Below are positions 10,778 through 21,767 of a stretch of DNA of 64,000 nt, piece after piece. The position numbers were made by a program, and so were the translations under genes. Position 1 is the first letter of the stretch; every line of letters starts with the position of its first letter. The notes under the pieces were generated by a model. It did no database searches. It saw nothing but the letters and a program-made list of their open reading frames with translations, and had not been told where the DNA came from. Source of the DNA: Candidatus Binatia bacterium (GTDB lineage Bacteria > Desulfobacterota > Binatia > Bin18); assembly GCA_963666315.2 (NCBI GenBank), contig CAXXHG010000022.1, forward strand, positions 40,343-104,342, in the 5' to 3' direction.

Positions 10778-10939
10778 ACGCCTCGTACTCCCTTCTCGCT
10801 GTCAGCAGTCGTATGATGTGGTGAGGGCGATGTCAACGTGTTTGTCCTGATATCTTCATCACTTGCCCCCTTCGGCGTTGCTCAGGACAGGTTTCGACAA
10901 GCTGCTCATGAACAAACTGATGAATCGGCATGCAGAACA

Positions 10940-10969
10940 GTAGGTCAGGTTAGTGGAGCGTAACCTGAC
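10940..10969. repeat. GTAG-type REP-like palindrome
   Basis: GTAG then GTCAGGTTA-8nt-TAACCTGAC. Confidence 0.5.
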
Positions 10970-11116
10970 ATCTTGCGCTCGGTGGACAGGGCGCACCCTA
11001 CGGGAAGCTAAACGCGTAGCACTCAAATGGAAACCGTATTCCACCTCGAATTTTATTGCATACGGACGCCATCAGGGGTATGTTCGCGGACGGACAGATC
11101 TGGAGGTAAAACCTCG

Positions 11117-12418
11117 ATGGAAAAAACGGCACAATCTGAGTCGGCTAAACTTGCTAAACCAGCTAAATCTGCCAGCCGTCGTCCCCTTGAGGGGGTACGG
11201 GTCATAGATCTGACGAAGATTGTGGCAGGCCCGAACGCGACACGGATGCTGGCGACGATGGGCGCAGAAGTAATCCGGGTCGAATGGCACGATCAGCGCG
11301 CGCTCGACCTGCTGCGTGGAGTACAACCGAAAGCGCCTGGTGAAAAAGCCGACAGTCTCAATCGGAGCGGTCTGTTCAACAATATTAACCCCGGCAAGTA
11401 TGGCATCACGCTCAATATGAGCCTTCCGCAAGGACGCGAGTTGTTCAAACGCTTGATCGCCAAAGCATCTGTCCTATGCGAAAACTACAGTCCTGGACAG
11501 ATGGACCGTTGGGAACTCGGCTACGACACTCTGCGCAAGATCAATCCCGGGCTCATTTATCTCCAGATCAGTGGGATGGGAAAGTCGGGGACGTATAACG
11601 AATACCTCAGCGTCGGACCGACGGCGCAGGCGCTTTCGGGTTTGACCCATATGTCAGGCTTGCCTGAGCCCATGCCGCCGGCCGGGTGGGGCTACTCGTA
11701 TCTCAACCATTCAACCGGCTACTACGGTGCCATGCACGTAATGATGGCGCTCTTAAGCCGGCGGCGGACTGGCCGCGGCTGTTACATCGATCTGTCGCAG
11801 ACGGAAGTTGGACTCATGGTGTCCGGGACTGCCACGCTTGAAGCGCAGCTGACTGGCAAGCCGACTGAGCGCTATGGCAACCGGATGCATTCAGCGGATT
11901 GGGCACCGCATGGCGCGTACCCCTGTCGCGGTAGTGACGAATGGATCACTATAGCCGTGCAGACTGATGAGCAGTGGCAGGCGTTTGTGGCTGAGATCGG
12001 TTCGCCGGACTGGGCACGGGACGCACGCTTTCGGACCGCAGCTGGACGCAAAGCCAATGAAGACAACCTCGACCGATTGATAACAGAGTTCACGAAAAGT
12101 GAAGACCGCTACGATCTGATGCACCGCCTCCAAAAGCGAAGTGTCCCAGCTGGCGTCGTGCAGAAGTCGGTTGATCGTTACTTGCGTGATCCGCAACTCA
12201 AGGAGCGCGGCGCTTTCGTGCCATTACCCCACAGCGAAATCGGGACCTGGCCGATCGAAGATTTTCCCGCCAAGTTCCAAAACATGCCGGTCGAAGTCGG
12301 TGGGCTGCCAGGTCGCGCTGCGCCTTGTATGGGAGAGGACAACGATGCCGTGTATCGCGATGTCCTTGGGCTGACACCCGAGGAAATTGCGCAACTCAGA
12401 GAGGACTGGATCATTTGA
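11117..12418 (+). CDS. CoA-transferase family III (CaiB/BaiF) subunit
   Basis: PLEGVRVIDLT, LATMGAEVIRVE, NPGKYGITLNM, ENYSPG, DPQLKERG; GGAGG RBS before ATG 11117. Confidence 0.88.
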   Translation: MEKTAQSESAKLAKPAKSASRRPLEGVRVIDLTKIVAGPNATRMLATMGAEVIRVEWHDQRALDLLRGVQPKAPGEKADSLNRSGLFNNINPGKYGITLNMSLPQGRELFKRLIAKASVLCENYSPGQMDRWELGYDTLRKINPGLIYLQISGMGKSGTYNEYLSVGPTAQALSGLTHMSGLPEPMPPAGWGYSYLNHSTGYYGAMHVMMALLSRRRTGRGCYIDLSQTEVGLMVSGTATLEAQLTGKPTERYGNRMHSADWAPHGAYPCRGSDEWITIAVQTDEQWQAFVAEIGSPDWARDARFRTAAGRKANEDNLDRLITEFTKSEDRYDLMHRLQKRSVPAGVVQKSVDRYLRDPQLKERGAFVPLPHSEIGTWPIEDFPAKFQNMPVEVGGLPGRAAPCMGEDNDAVYRDVLGLTPEEIAQLREDWII

Positions 12419-13725
12419 ATACTGAAGCGGCTTTGAGCGCGGCCCTGGATGGAACCGTCATCATCGAAAGCGGCGATGAGCGCGGGGAATTCGCCGGCGT
12501 ACTGCTGGCATCATTTGGTGCCGAGGTGATCAAATTGGAGGGCCGCCAAGGATCTTACTCGCGCCGCCTGGGGCCCTTCGCATCATCTATATCCGCCACA
12601 TCTACTTCATTATCGCAACCCGATCCGGAACAGAGTCTGTGTTTCTGGCGTTACAACCTGGGCAAGAAGAGCGTCAGCCTTGAGGTTGACCATCCAGGAG
12701 CGCGCGACGTACTGGGACGTCTCGGACAGCGCGCCGATGTCATCATCGATTCTGGCGAGGCAGCCGACGTGGACCGGCGGCTCAGGCTGTATCGTGAGAT
12801 GCAGGCCTCGAATCCGCGCCTCATTGTCTGCACGATCACGCCCTTTGGGCTCGACGGTCCCTATCGTGATTTCACGATGACGGACCTGACACAATTAGCA
12901 ATGGGCGGAGTGATGGCGTCGTGCGGATACGATCCGCGATCCGACGGAATTTACGACACACCGCCGATCGCTCCCGGAATGTGGCAAGCTTACCATATCG
13001 CGTGTGAGTACGCTGTGATTGCGATCACGGCGGCGCTCAATTATCGCGAGCTGCGCGAGCTGACGGGCGAGGGCGATTGCGGCGATTGTATTGATGTGTC
13101 GATTCACGAAGCGGTCAGCACCTGCACTGAGGTCGCTCTGCCAAGCTACATATACAATGAAAAGGTTGTGCAGCGGCAGACCGGACGCCATGCGGGTGTG
13201 GGCCGGACCCCGCCGTGGCTACGCCGGACAAAAGACGGACGCTACGTCAAGGCATTCTTATTTTGGGACGGCCGCGATGTGCGGGTCATCACCGAGATGC
13301 TGAATGAGGCCGGCATTGAACACGATCTCGAATCTGGCGCCTACCGCGAATTAGCCGAGCGTTCGCCGTCCGAGGCGCATGCGCATTTCAGCGCGCTGAT
13401 CGACACCCTGGTTGCGTCCATGACCGCTGAGGAGGTGTTTCATCGCGCCCAGGCCAAAGGCTTATTGTGGGCAAGCGTCAGATTTCCCGAGGAGAATATC
13501 GACGACCCACATTTCCAGGCACGCGGTACCTTTCAGTCGATCCGTCAGCCTGGACTCGGCCGCGATCTCTCTTACCCCGTCTCCGTCGCCACGGACGGCC
13601 GGCAGCGCATGACGGCCTTCCGGCGTGGGGTACCGCATTTAGGCGAGCACACTCAGGAGGTCCTTCGGCAGGCGGGCTTCAACGACGCTGAAATAAGCGC
13701 ACTGGCTGTGCAGGGCGCTATATAA
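12415..13725 (+). CDS. CoA-transferase family III second subunit
   Basis: LASFGAEVIKLE, YNLGKKSVSL, ITPFGLDGPY, DPHFQARG, PHLGEHT; TTG start overlaps the upstream TGA. Confidence 0.82.
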   Translation: MNTEAALSAALDGTVIIESGDERGEFAGVLLASFGAEVIKLEGRQGSYSRRLGPFASSISATSTSLSQPDPEQSLCFWRYNLGKKSVSLEVDHPGARDVLGRLGQRADVIIDSGEAADVDRRLRLYREMQASNPRLIVCTITPFGLDGPYRDFTMTDLTQLAMGGVMASCGYDPRSDGIYDTPPIAPGMWQAYHIACEYAVIAITAALNYRELRELTGEGDCGDCIDVSIHEAVSTCTEVALPSYIYNEKVVQRQTGRHAGVGRTPPWLRRTKDGRYVKAFLFWDGRDVRVITEMLNEAGIEHDLESGAYRELAERSPSEAHAHFSALIDTLVASMTAEEVFHRAQAKGLLWASVRFPEENIDDPHFQARGTFQSIRQPGLGRDLSYPVSVATDGRQRMTAFRRGVPHLGEHTQEVLRQAGFNDAEISALAVQGAI

Positions 13726-14099
13726 GCGCTGCCAATTTCACCTCAAGTTGCTCAATGCCTACCTGGTCTACCTGTTAAGAGGCGAGCTCCTGCTTGCCTC
13801 TCAGGACAGCGGTTCGGGGGCGCGGAGAATCTCCTGCCAGAAGAGGGGTCATATGCTAGTCTTGCCGAGCGCTTAGCATGTGGCGCGAGGTGACGGTGCC
13901 CCAAAACATTGGTGTGAGAAAGATTACCCCAGAAGCTCACCATAGGTGAGCTTTATCCTCTTTCCCGATAACTCGACAAAGCCTAATCCAGGGCGGCTGA
14001 AGCAAGTCAAGCATGCGTCCAAACAGCGGCAGCTCTAGAGCCTGCAGGTTTCGCCTGGTATATTCGGCCACAGTACGAGGCTGAAGGAGGACATACCTT

Positions 14100-14984
14100 A
14101 TGAACGGAAACCTTGAGGTTCGACGTCTTTCGGGCGCTCTCGGCGCTGAGGTTCGCGGCCTCACGCTGGGGCAGGTCGGCCCGGCAGAGGCCGAGATGGT
14201 ACAGTCTCTACTCATGGAGCACCTGGTGCTCTTCTTTCCAGAACAATATGTGACTCCTGAGGAGCACATTGCGTTCGGTCGCCACTTCGGACCCATCGAA
14301 GGGCACCCTCACCTCCACAACCTGCCTGGCTATCCTGAGATCTTCGACCTGGCGGCCAGCCGCGGCGGGGTCGCGGATGAGTGGCACAGTGACATTACCT
14401 TCCAGCCGCATCCGTCCGTGCTGGCCATCCTCAATATGGTGCAGTGTCCCGAGGTCGGCGGCGACACCTTGTGGGCCAATATGTATGCAGCCTACGAAGG
14501 GCTGTCAGCGCCGCTCCGGGACTTGTGCGATGGCCTGACCGCCCTGCATGATGCAAGCCCACATGGTAAGCCCGAAAAGATGGCCGTTCATCCGGTGGTG
14601 CGTGTTCATCCTGTCACCAAACGCAAGTCCCTGTTTGTCAACGAACACTTCACCCGACGCCTTGTTGAACTTAGCCACGAGGAGAGCGACGTGTTACTCG
14701 GCTACCTGACACGCTGGGTGTCACAGTCGCGCTTCACCGTCCGCTATCGCTGGAGCGAAGGTACGGTTGCGATGTGGGACAATCGGTGCACGCAGCACTT
14801 TGTACTGAACGACTTCGATGCAGAACGCATTATCCAGCGTGTCACAGTAACGGGCGACACCCCCGAGGGCGCCTGCCCGCCGCGCTGGGAACCCTACATC
14901 CGTACGCAGAACCTAGGGGCAAGCAGCCGCCACGATAGCCAGCTGAACGAATACCTCGGTCGTCGAGCGGAGACAGTGGGCTAA
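14100..14984 (+). CDS. TauD/TfdA family Fe(II)/2-oxoglutarate dioxygenase
   Basis: WHSDITF (HxD), GGDTLWAN, HPVVRVHP, WDNRCTQH. Confidence 0.92.
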   Translation: MNGNLEVRRLSGALGAEVRGLTLGQVGPAEAEMVQSLLMEHLVLFFPEQYVTPEEHIAFGRHFGPIEGHPHLHNLPGYPEIFDLAASRGGVADEWHSDITFQPHPSVLAILNMVQCPEVGGDTLWANMYAAYEGLSAPLRDLCDGLTALHDASPHGKPEKMAVHPVVRVHPVTKRKSLFVNEHFTRRLVELSHEESDVLLGYLTRWVSQSRFTVRYRWSEGTVAMWDNRCTQHFVLNDFDAERIIQRVTVTGDTPEGACPPRWEPYIRTQNLGASSRHDSQLNEYLGRRAETVG

Positions 14985-15061
14985 ACTCCAGAAGATGCAT
15001 CACTACGCAGCTAAGCTGGTTCAGAACATACGTTACACGGCAGATATGTGGGAGGAACATC

Positions 15062-15493
15062 ATGGCGAAGCTCAGACATATTGCAATCGCGACACAAAAC
15101 GCTGAGGAGACGGCCAAGTTCTATGTTGAAACATTTGGCCTGACCCAGATCTCCAAGATCGACACCCCTATCGTGTCGGGCGCTTTTCTCACCGATGGGA
15201 CAATCAACCTAGAGATTTTAGACTTCAAGAACGACCAAGTCGCCGGCGTAGAGCGGGGCAAGGACTGGACAGGTATCCACCCCATCGGGTTTGAGGTCGA
15301 AAACCTAGAAGAAATCGCGCAGAAATTAGCCGCAGCCGATGCCGCTCCCCGAGATGACATCAACCAAGCCCTCGGTCTCGGCAGTGGCCGCCATGGTAAT
15401 GCCGAGGTCAGATACAGCGGTCCCGACGGCGTGACGTTCGACGTCTCACAGACGGGCTGGGTCGGTACCGAACGCCACCCCAGAAAAACCTGA
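15062..15493 (+). CDS. VOC/glyoxalase family protein
   Basis: KLRHIAIAT...FYVETFGL, GPDGVTFDVS; GGAGG RBS. Confidence 0.85.
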   Translation: MAKLRHIAIATQNAEETAKFYVETFGLTQISKIDTPIVSGAFLTDGTINLEILDFKNDQVAGVERGKDWTGIHPIGFEVENLEEIAQKLAAADAAPRDDINQALGLGSGRHGNAEVRYSGPDGVTFDVSQTGWVGTERHPRKT

Positions 15494-15532
15494 AGACGAG
15501 AACGGACAGCGAAGGGACAGCCAAGGAACACC

Positions 15533-15690
15533 TTCACCCCTTCGACAAACTCAGGGCAGGCTCTAGCCCTCTTCCAGTGGGAGAGGGAAACCGGAGCGGA
15601 GCGACTGGGGGTGAGGGGAAACCCGGGTGGTAAACCCAAGTGAAAATCGTTTTAGTCGTAGCAGGGGGTAAATTCAGGACCTGACCTCTA
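15533..15690. repeat. Cluster of intergenic palindromic repeat remnants between convergent VOC genes
   Basis: cttcgacaaactcagggcagg (related copy at ~10870-10903); ccctcttccagtgggagaggg...gggggtgagggg; agggggtaaattcaggacctgacc (related copy at 32444-32468). Confidence 0.45.
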
Positions 15691-15706
15691 ATCCTATTTA
15701 CTGCTC

Positions 15707-16165
15707 CTACTCCTTGACCATCTGCATCAGTTCGAGGGTCGTGCCAAACGGATCCTTGCAATACACTGCCTTCGCCGTGCCATAGCCGTCGAGGGTAAAC
15801 GTCTGGGGTCGCGAGTAAAACTCCACGCCTTGGGTCCGTAGCGCCTCGTAGCTCTTTTCAATATCTTTCACCCAAAAGGCAATCTCAGTAATTCCATTGT
15901 GGGTGACTCCCGCATACGGCTGCCCACCCTGCCCAGCAGATTCGCTAAAGTAGAGCAGCTCAACCGGGGCGCTGCGGCGATCGTCTTCGTTGCGCAGGAA
16001 CACCGACCGCACTTTTGTACCGGGCTCTCGGACCATATCACTAATCTCTTCCCCCTCGATGGTATAATCACCGATCACCGTCAGTCCCAATACATCCTGA
16101 TAGAAAGCAATGGCTTTTTCCATATCTGGGACTGTAATCCCTACATGTGCGACAGCTCCGAGCAT
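15707..16165 (-). CDS. VOC family protein (methylmalonyl-CoA epimerase-like fold)
   Basis: AHVGITVPDMEKAIAFYQDVLGL, VELL, DPFGTTLELMQ. Confidence 0.88.
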   Translation of the reverse strand: MLGAVAHVGITVPDMEKAIAFYQDVLGLTVIGDYTIEGEEISDMVREPGTKVRSVFLRNEDDRRSAPVELLYFSESAGQGGQPYAGVTHNGITEIAFWVKDIEKSYEALRTQGVEFYSRPQTFTLDGYGTAKAVYCKDPFGTTLELMQMVKE

Positions 16166-16420
16166 AATGACCTCCTTTTCCTTTGTGTGTCCGGGATTGT
16201 CCTGCTATTGGGGCGGGTTTGTCAAGCCGACAAGCGGGAAGAAGAAGCCATTCGCGAGCAAAATAATGACCCTCAATCCTTTTGTCAAATATGGACATGA
16301 TAGAGGATCACGGCAGCAATCATTGCCGTCCGCCATCATCTTCTGGAACGCACGCATACATGGCATAATGTCGATGGTTGGTCTGGCGGCCAAAGTCGAC
16401 GATTTAAGGAGGGTAGGCAC

Positions 16421-17698
16421 ATGTCTGACACCGTGTTCACCAACATAATGATTTTCGACGGCAGTGGAAGTGCGCCGTACTTGGGCGAGGTCCTCGTCCG
16501 GGATAAGCGCATTAAGACTATTGCTGGAGGCGCTCAGACAGTGATTAGGGACGGCGCTACGGTGGTCGACGGCGACGGCGCCACACTGATGCCGGGCTTA
16601 GTCAACTGTCACGGGCATCCGACCTATCCCAATATGGGAGCAGATCTCTACGACACCGGTGAAATCCCGGTGGAGGAGCATGTGCTCATCACCATGCATA
16701 ACGTGAAGACCATGCTCGATCACGGCTTCACCGCCCTCGTGAACGGCTCCTCTGCCAAGGCACGGCTCGATATCGTTATCCGCAACGAGATTAATGCCGG
16801 CAAGATCCCGGGGCCGCGGATGCAAGCTGCCACGCCGGAACTCACCGTTACCGGCGGTCTCGGCGACTTGGAGCAGATGCATATGTACCATGAGGGTTTC
16901 GCGGTGGTCCTCGACGGACCAGAAGAGATCCGGAAATACACCAGGCTGATGATCCGTGAGGGCGTCGACGTTATTAAACTGATGATTTCGGGTGACAACT
17001 TCGTGCGAACCGGTACCGCACAAATGACGGTGATGCAGGAGGACGAAGTGGCGGCATGCTGCAGTGTGGCGCACGCGCACAACCGGCGCGTGATCGCGCA
17101 TGCACGCAGCGCTGAATCCGTCAAGATGTGCATCCGGCACGGCATCAAACTCATCTACCACGCGAATTTCTGCGACGAGGAAGCGCTCGACCTGCTCGAA
17201 GCCAACAAGAACGAGTACTTCGTCAACCCAGCCATTGGTCTCAGTTATGCCACGCTGAACCATATGGAAGAGTACGGCGTGACTCGAGCTATGGCCGAAG
17301 CATGGGGCTTTGATCGCGAGCTGGAAAGCGCCATCCAAAACACACAGGAACTACACAGACGCGGGGTGCGCGTCTTGCCGTTTGGTGACTACGGCTTTGC
17401 CTGGAACCAGATCGGCACGGACACAAGGGACCTCGAACACTTTGTTAACCTGATGGGATTCAGCCCGGCTGAAACGCTCAGGATGGCGACCAAGTCCGGC
17501 GGTGAGTGTTTCGGCGACCAGCTCGGGATGGTCAAAGAGGGCTATCTGGCCGATCTGATCATAGTCGATGGCAATCCCGTCGAGGACATCACCCTACTCC
17601 AGGACGTAGACAAGCTCCTCATGATCATGAAGGACGGTGCGTTCCATAAGGAACCGCAGGTCAGACGGGCGGCACGACTGCGAACAGCTGCCGCCTAA
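16421..17698 (+). CDS. Amidohydrolase family protein (metal-dependent hydrolase, prolidase-like)
   Basis: TLMPGLVNCHGH, GVDVIKL, IAHARS, IYHAN, GYLADLIIVDGNP. Confidence 0.88.
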   Translation: MSDTVFTNIMIFDGSGSAPYLGEVLVRDKRIKTIAGGAQTVIRDGATVVDGDGATLMPGLVNCHGHPTYPNMGADLYDTGEIPVEEHVLITMHNVKTMLDHGFTALVNGSSAKARLDIVIRNEINAGKIPGPRMQAATPELTVTGGLGDLEQMHMYHEGFAVVLDGPEEIRKYTRLMIREGVDVIKLMISGDNFVRTGTAQMTVMQEDEVAACCSVAHAHNRRVIAHARSAESVKMCIRHGIKLIYHANFCDEEALDLLEANKNEYFVNPAIGLSYATLNHMEEYGVTRAMAEAWGFDRELESAIQNTQELHRRGVRVLPFGDYGFAWNQIGTDTRDLEHFVNLMGFSPAETLRMATKSGGECFGDQLGMVKEGYLADLIIVDGNPVEDITLLQDVDKLLMIMKDGAFHKEPQVRRAARLRTAAA

Positions 17699-17794
17699 CC
17701 GGATCAACGTCCTGAGTCTTTGTCTTCAGCTAGCCTGTTCATATTGAGGCCACGCTCTCAGCCGAGAGGGTAGTCGAAGCGCACAGGAGGCAAT

Positions 17795-18676
17795 ATGAAA
17801 GCATTCAAGGATCGGGTCGCCGTGGTCACTGGGGCAGCCAGTGGTTTCGGACGAGCCATGACCGAGCGGTTTGCAGCCGAGGGGATGAAGGTTGCCCTGG
17901 CTGATGTTGAAGCAGAGGCACTCAGCAAAGCGGAACAAGAGCTCCAAGACCAAGGCGCGACTACCTTGAGCGTGGAGACCGATGTCTCCAAAGCCGACCA
18001 AGTCGAAGCCCTGGCTGATAAGACACTGGAAGCATTCGGGGCGGTCCATCTTGTGCGTAATAACGCTGGTGTCGCGTCTGGTGGCCTGTCCTGGAGTCAG
18101 CCACTTGCGGATTGGGAATGGGTGATCGGCGTCCATCTGTGGGGAGTGATTCATGGAGTTCGGACCTTTATCCCGATTCTACTCGACCAGAAAACCGAAG
18201 GGCATGTGGTGAATACTGCCTCAATGGCAGGCCTGCTGTCCGGCCCATTTGCTAATATCTAGAATGTCACGAAACATGGGGTTGTGACGCTATCTGAGTC
18301 ACTCTACCAGGAACTCGAATTGCAGAATGCACCAGTCAAAGTATCAGTGCTGTGTCCAGGATTTGTGAAAACGAATATCTTGGATTCAGACCGTAACCGT
18401 CCGGAGCAATTGCAAGCTTCTGAAAGCCCGGGGGACGAGGCGTCGCAGGCCATGCGCGAAGCCTTTCGTGTGTTCATTGACCAAGGCATGCCGCCTGCAA
18501 AGGTTGCAGAAAAGGTGTTCAATGCGGTGCGGGACGAACAGTTCTATATTCTTCCCCATCCAGAGTTTCTTGCACCGCTACAGACCCGGATGGAAGATAT
18601 TCTGGCCCGGCGCAATCCCACGATGGTACCGTTCGACCCCAATGCTCTTACTGGAACAAAAAACTCAGACAGTTAG
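17795..18676 (+). pseudogene. SDR oxidoreductase with in-frame TAG at 18260-18262 replacing the catalytic Tyr
   Basis: VVTGAASGFG...NNAG...NTASMAG...FANI*NVTKHGVV (YxxxK with the Tyr as stop); continues in frame through ORF 18284..18676. Confidence 0.88.
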
Positions 18677-18814
18677 CGCGTACAGAGCGTTGGGGCTGTC
18701 TGGAGAAAATGGGCACGGATCTATAATATGTCTTAGAAACTGTGTCTGACGAGGTGTCAAAGCTGCCAACCTGTCTGTTTCTCTGGTTATAATAGCGAGC
18801 AAGGAGGTGTCCAG

Positions 18815-19472
18815 ATGCTCTATGAGTTACGTACGTACGAAGCAATGCCGGGCAAGCTGCCGGCCCTCAATACACATCTCGAAGTCGCCGCGGGTTTATT
18901 CAAGAAGCATGGCCTGGGCGCGCTAGGATTCTGGACCGAGGGAGTTCGGCGCCAGTATCCAAGTCACCTACATGTGGATGTACGAAACCTTCGAGGGCAG
19001 GCAGAAAAAACTGGAGAGGTTTGTATCGGACTCAGCCTGGCAGCAGCAAGTGGCGCAGGAGACGGAGCGAGAAGGAGCCATTGTCGCCAGAACTCACAAC
19101 ACCATGCTGCAACTGACCCCCTACTCGCCAGAACCCCAGATCAGGACGAAGGTACAGGAGTGGCGTATTTACGAGGCGGTGCCAGGTCGGCTACCCGACC
19201 TCCACAACCGGTTCGCCAACCATACGCTGGGTCTCTTTGAGAAGCACGGTATCGAAAATATCGGCTACTGGACTGAAGTCTTCGGCACCAGCAATCGGCT
19301 AGTGTACATGCTGGGCTACCCTAGCCTGGGAGACAGAGAAAAGAGCTGGAAGGCATTCATGAAGGACCCCGACTGGCAGAAGGCGCGGGCGGAGTCGGAG
19401 AAAAACGGCCCCCTGGTGGCGAAGGTCTACAACAGAATCCTGCGGCCGACGGCTTACTCGCCCACAGGCTGA
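18815..19472 (+). pseudogene. Tandem-domain NIPSNAP family protein, frameshifted near 18940 (possibly a sequencing error)
   Basis: MLYELRTYEAMPGK in one frame and a second NIPSNAP domain EWRIYEAVPGRL in another; removing one G in gagggagttc restores WTEEFG. Confidence 0.8.
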
Positions 19473-19546
19473 GGTCCGGCAACACCCGCTCGCAGCGCCC
19501 GCGTAGGCCAGCAGAGCGCGCGCGGGCGAGCACGGCACGAGGTCCG

Positions 19547-20097
19547 TCAGAAGCCCTTGACCCCTTTGTCCAGCTGCCCGCCGAAGGTATTCAGCGCCAT
19601 GGACACTAGATTGTACTGGCCAACGGTAAAGACGACGTCCATAAGCTGCTGTGTATTGTAGCGCTCACTCAAGGCGGCCCAGGTTGCATCGCTGATAAAA
19701 GCGTCTGCATGCAATTCATCTGCAGCTCGCAACAAGCTGGCGTCAAACGCGTCCCAGCCTTCAGCATCCGGCCCTGCTTTGATGCGCGCGATCTCTTCGT
19801 CGGTGAGCCCGGCGTTCCTGCCGTACAGCACATGCTGCCCCACTCATATTCTGCCTGGCACAGCCAGCCGATTCGTAAAATCAGGATTTCCCGCTGCCTG
19901 GGCAGTAAGGTCGAAGTATCACCCATGATGTTAGAGCCCGACACCCCAAACTTTTTTGACGCCACCCAATGCCGGGAAAGCGTGGCTCGTACATTGTAGA
20001 CGCGCCCTTCGCGCTGGACGGGCTCCAGTACTTCTCGTTGTTCATCGGTCCATTCGGCCTCGGTCAGCGGTGCGATACGTGGTTGTGACAGTTTCAT
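19547..20097 (-). pseudogene. Carboxymuconolactone decarboxylase/AhpD family protein, frameshifted near 19843
   Basis: REILILRIGWLCQAEYEW then GQH...ADELH...FTVGQYN in the adjacent frame; one G is missing from a G run. Confidence 0.8.
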
Positions 20098-20145
20098 TGC
20101 AATCAATCCTTTCGAGAGTTGTTTAAGCGTTGTTATAGAAGGGTG

Positions 20146-21087
20146 CTAGCGTGTGTAGTGCAGTTGCAGCCCTGGCCGGGGCCAGTCCATGGCCACTAGT
20201 TTGCCCGTCAGGCTCAGCGTGATATAGGCCGTTTTCAGATCTGGTCCGCCAAAGCAAATATTCGTCGTCAGAGGGTCTTGTGTAGGAACAAACTCAACCG
20301 ACGAGCCATCGGGCGAGATGACGCTAATCCCGCCATTGATCAATGTTGCCACGCACACATTCCCGGCACTATCTACCCCGAGTGAATCGAGCAGTTGATA
20401 GCCAGGTAATCCAGCCAAGAGCTTGCCTCCTCCCGGTCCGGCCAGCAGGGCGCCACCCTCGCCGGTCTCACGGCTGAGTTCGCCGGGACTGGGAATAGGC
20501 CATTGCCAGACCCGGCCTTCAAAGGTCTGGGCCACATACAGATCGGTATCGCCGGGAGCCAGACCAATGCCATTCGGGCCATCGATGGGAAACACCATCT
20601 CTTTGATCAGCGAGCCATCAGTCTTGGCGTAATGCACAGCCGTGCGATCTCGCCGGCGCTCCTCAAATTTACCCGCATCGGTGAACCAGAACCCGCCCGT
20701 AGCGTCAAAAACGATATCATTCGGGCCACGCAGGGGATGACCATCACACTCGGTGTAGAGGGTTTCTACCTTGCCACTTGCCAGGTCAACGCGTTGAATG
20801 CTGCCATGGGTATAGCCGTCTGGCAGCTCCCCCGACGGTATAATCGTCCCATCGACTTCTAGCCATTCGAGCCCGCCATTATTACAGATATAGACCATGC
20901 CATCCGGACCAATCGCCGCTCCATTGGGCCCGCCGCCCGTTTCGGCCACGACTTCCTTCCTGCCATCGGGCGTGACGCGGGTGAGCGCCCCGCGCTTGAT
21001 CTCAACCACGAGCACACTGCCATCGTTCATAGCGATAGGGCCTTCCGGAAATTGGAGGCCTGAGGTGATTTCTCGCATCTGTGGCAT
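20146..21087 (-). CDS. SMP-30/gluconolactonase/LRE family protein
   Basis: GLQFPEGP, GGPNG, GPNDIVFD, GPNGIGL, TTNICFGG; start MPQMREI after an AGGAG-like RBS. Confidence 0.9.
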   Translation of the reverse strand: MPQMREITSGLQFPEGPIAMNDGSVLVVEIKRGALTRVTPDGRKEVVAETGGGPNGAAIGPDGMVYICNNGGLEWLEVDGTIIPSGELPDGYTHGSIQRVDLASGKVETLYTECDGHPLRGPNDIVFDATGGFWFTDAGKFEERRRDRTAVHYAKTDGSLIKEMVFPIDGPNGIGLAPGDTDLYVAQTFEGRVWQWPIPSPGELSRETGEGGALLAGPGGGKLLAGLPGYQLLDSLGVDSAGNVCVATLINGGISVISPDGSSVEFVPTQDPLTTNICFGGPDLKTAYITLSLTGKLVAMDWPRPGLQLHYTR

Positions 21088-21194
21088 TGTCCTTCTCCTT
21101 TGTCCCTTTTTGTGGGTGCGTTCGGTTCTGTCAGATTTCATGCCAGTTGGCTATCCCTGTTTGGATGCCATATAAACAGTTCAAGGAGTACGCC

Positions 21195-21677
21195 ATGCAA
21201 CGCCTCGCCAACAAAATTGCTCTGGTCACCGGCGCCAGCAAAGGCATCGGAAAGGCTACGCTGTGGCGGCAGGTCGTCGAGGTGAACCTGACCGCAGCGG
21301 CGCTGCTGACCAAGACCGTGCTGCCGTCTATGATAGCTCAGCGCTCGGGCAAGATCCTCAACATCTCCAGCCGCGGGGGTCGCAAGGGCGGCAAGGGCCG
21401 CAGTGCCTATCGGGTGACAAAGGCCGGCTTGATCAGCCTGACCGAGAGCGTGGCGGCTGAAGTCCAGCCATACGGCATCAGGGTCAACTGTATCTGTCCG
21501 GGTGGGGTGGATACCGAAGGCTACCGCGAAGCCTTTGGGAGTCGCAGGAACCGAGAACTGATGCGGCCTGAAGAGATTGCAGAAGTGGCGGTGTTCCTGG
21601 CCTCGGAGGCCAGCTCTGCGATCAGCGGTGCGACAATCGATGCGTTCGGGGGGACCGAGCCCGCGGTTCATCGATAA
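21195..21677 (+). pseudogene. SDR oxidoreductase with a large in-frame internal deletion
   Basis: LVTGASKGIGKAT joins directly to LWRQVVEVNL; the Rossmann middle including NNAG is missing; YRVTK retained. Confidence 0.75.
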
Positions 21678-21767
21678 TCATGGCAAGACACGAATGAATA
21701 AGGTTGCTGGCAGAGCCGTGAAAAAACCTTAGCGCGGGTTCGTTTAGGATTTCTGCTTCGATTTGCA

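Noticed and set aside
18815-20097. Programmed frameshifting in the NIPSNAP and CMD genes
   Set aside because: Single-base indels in short G runs without slippery heptamers, in families not known for recoding; error or decay is more likely.
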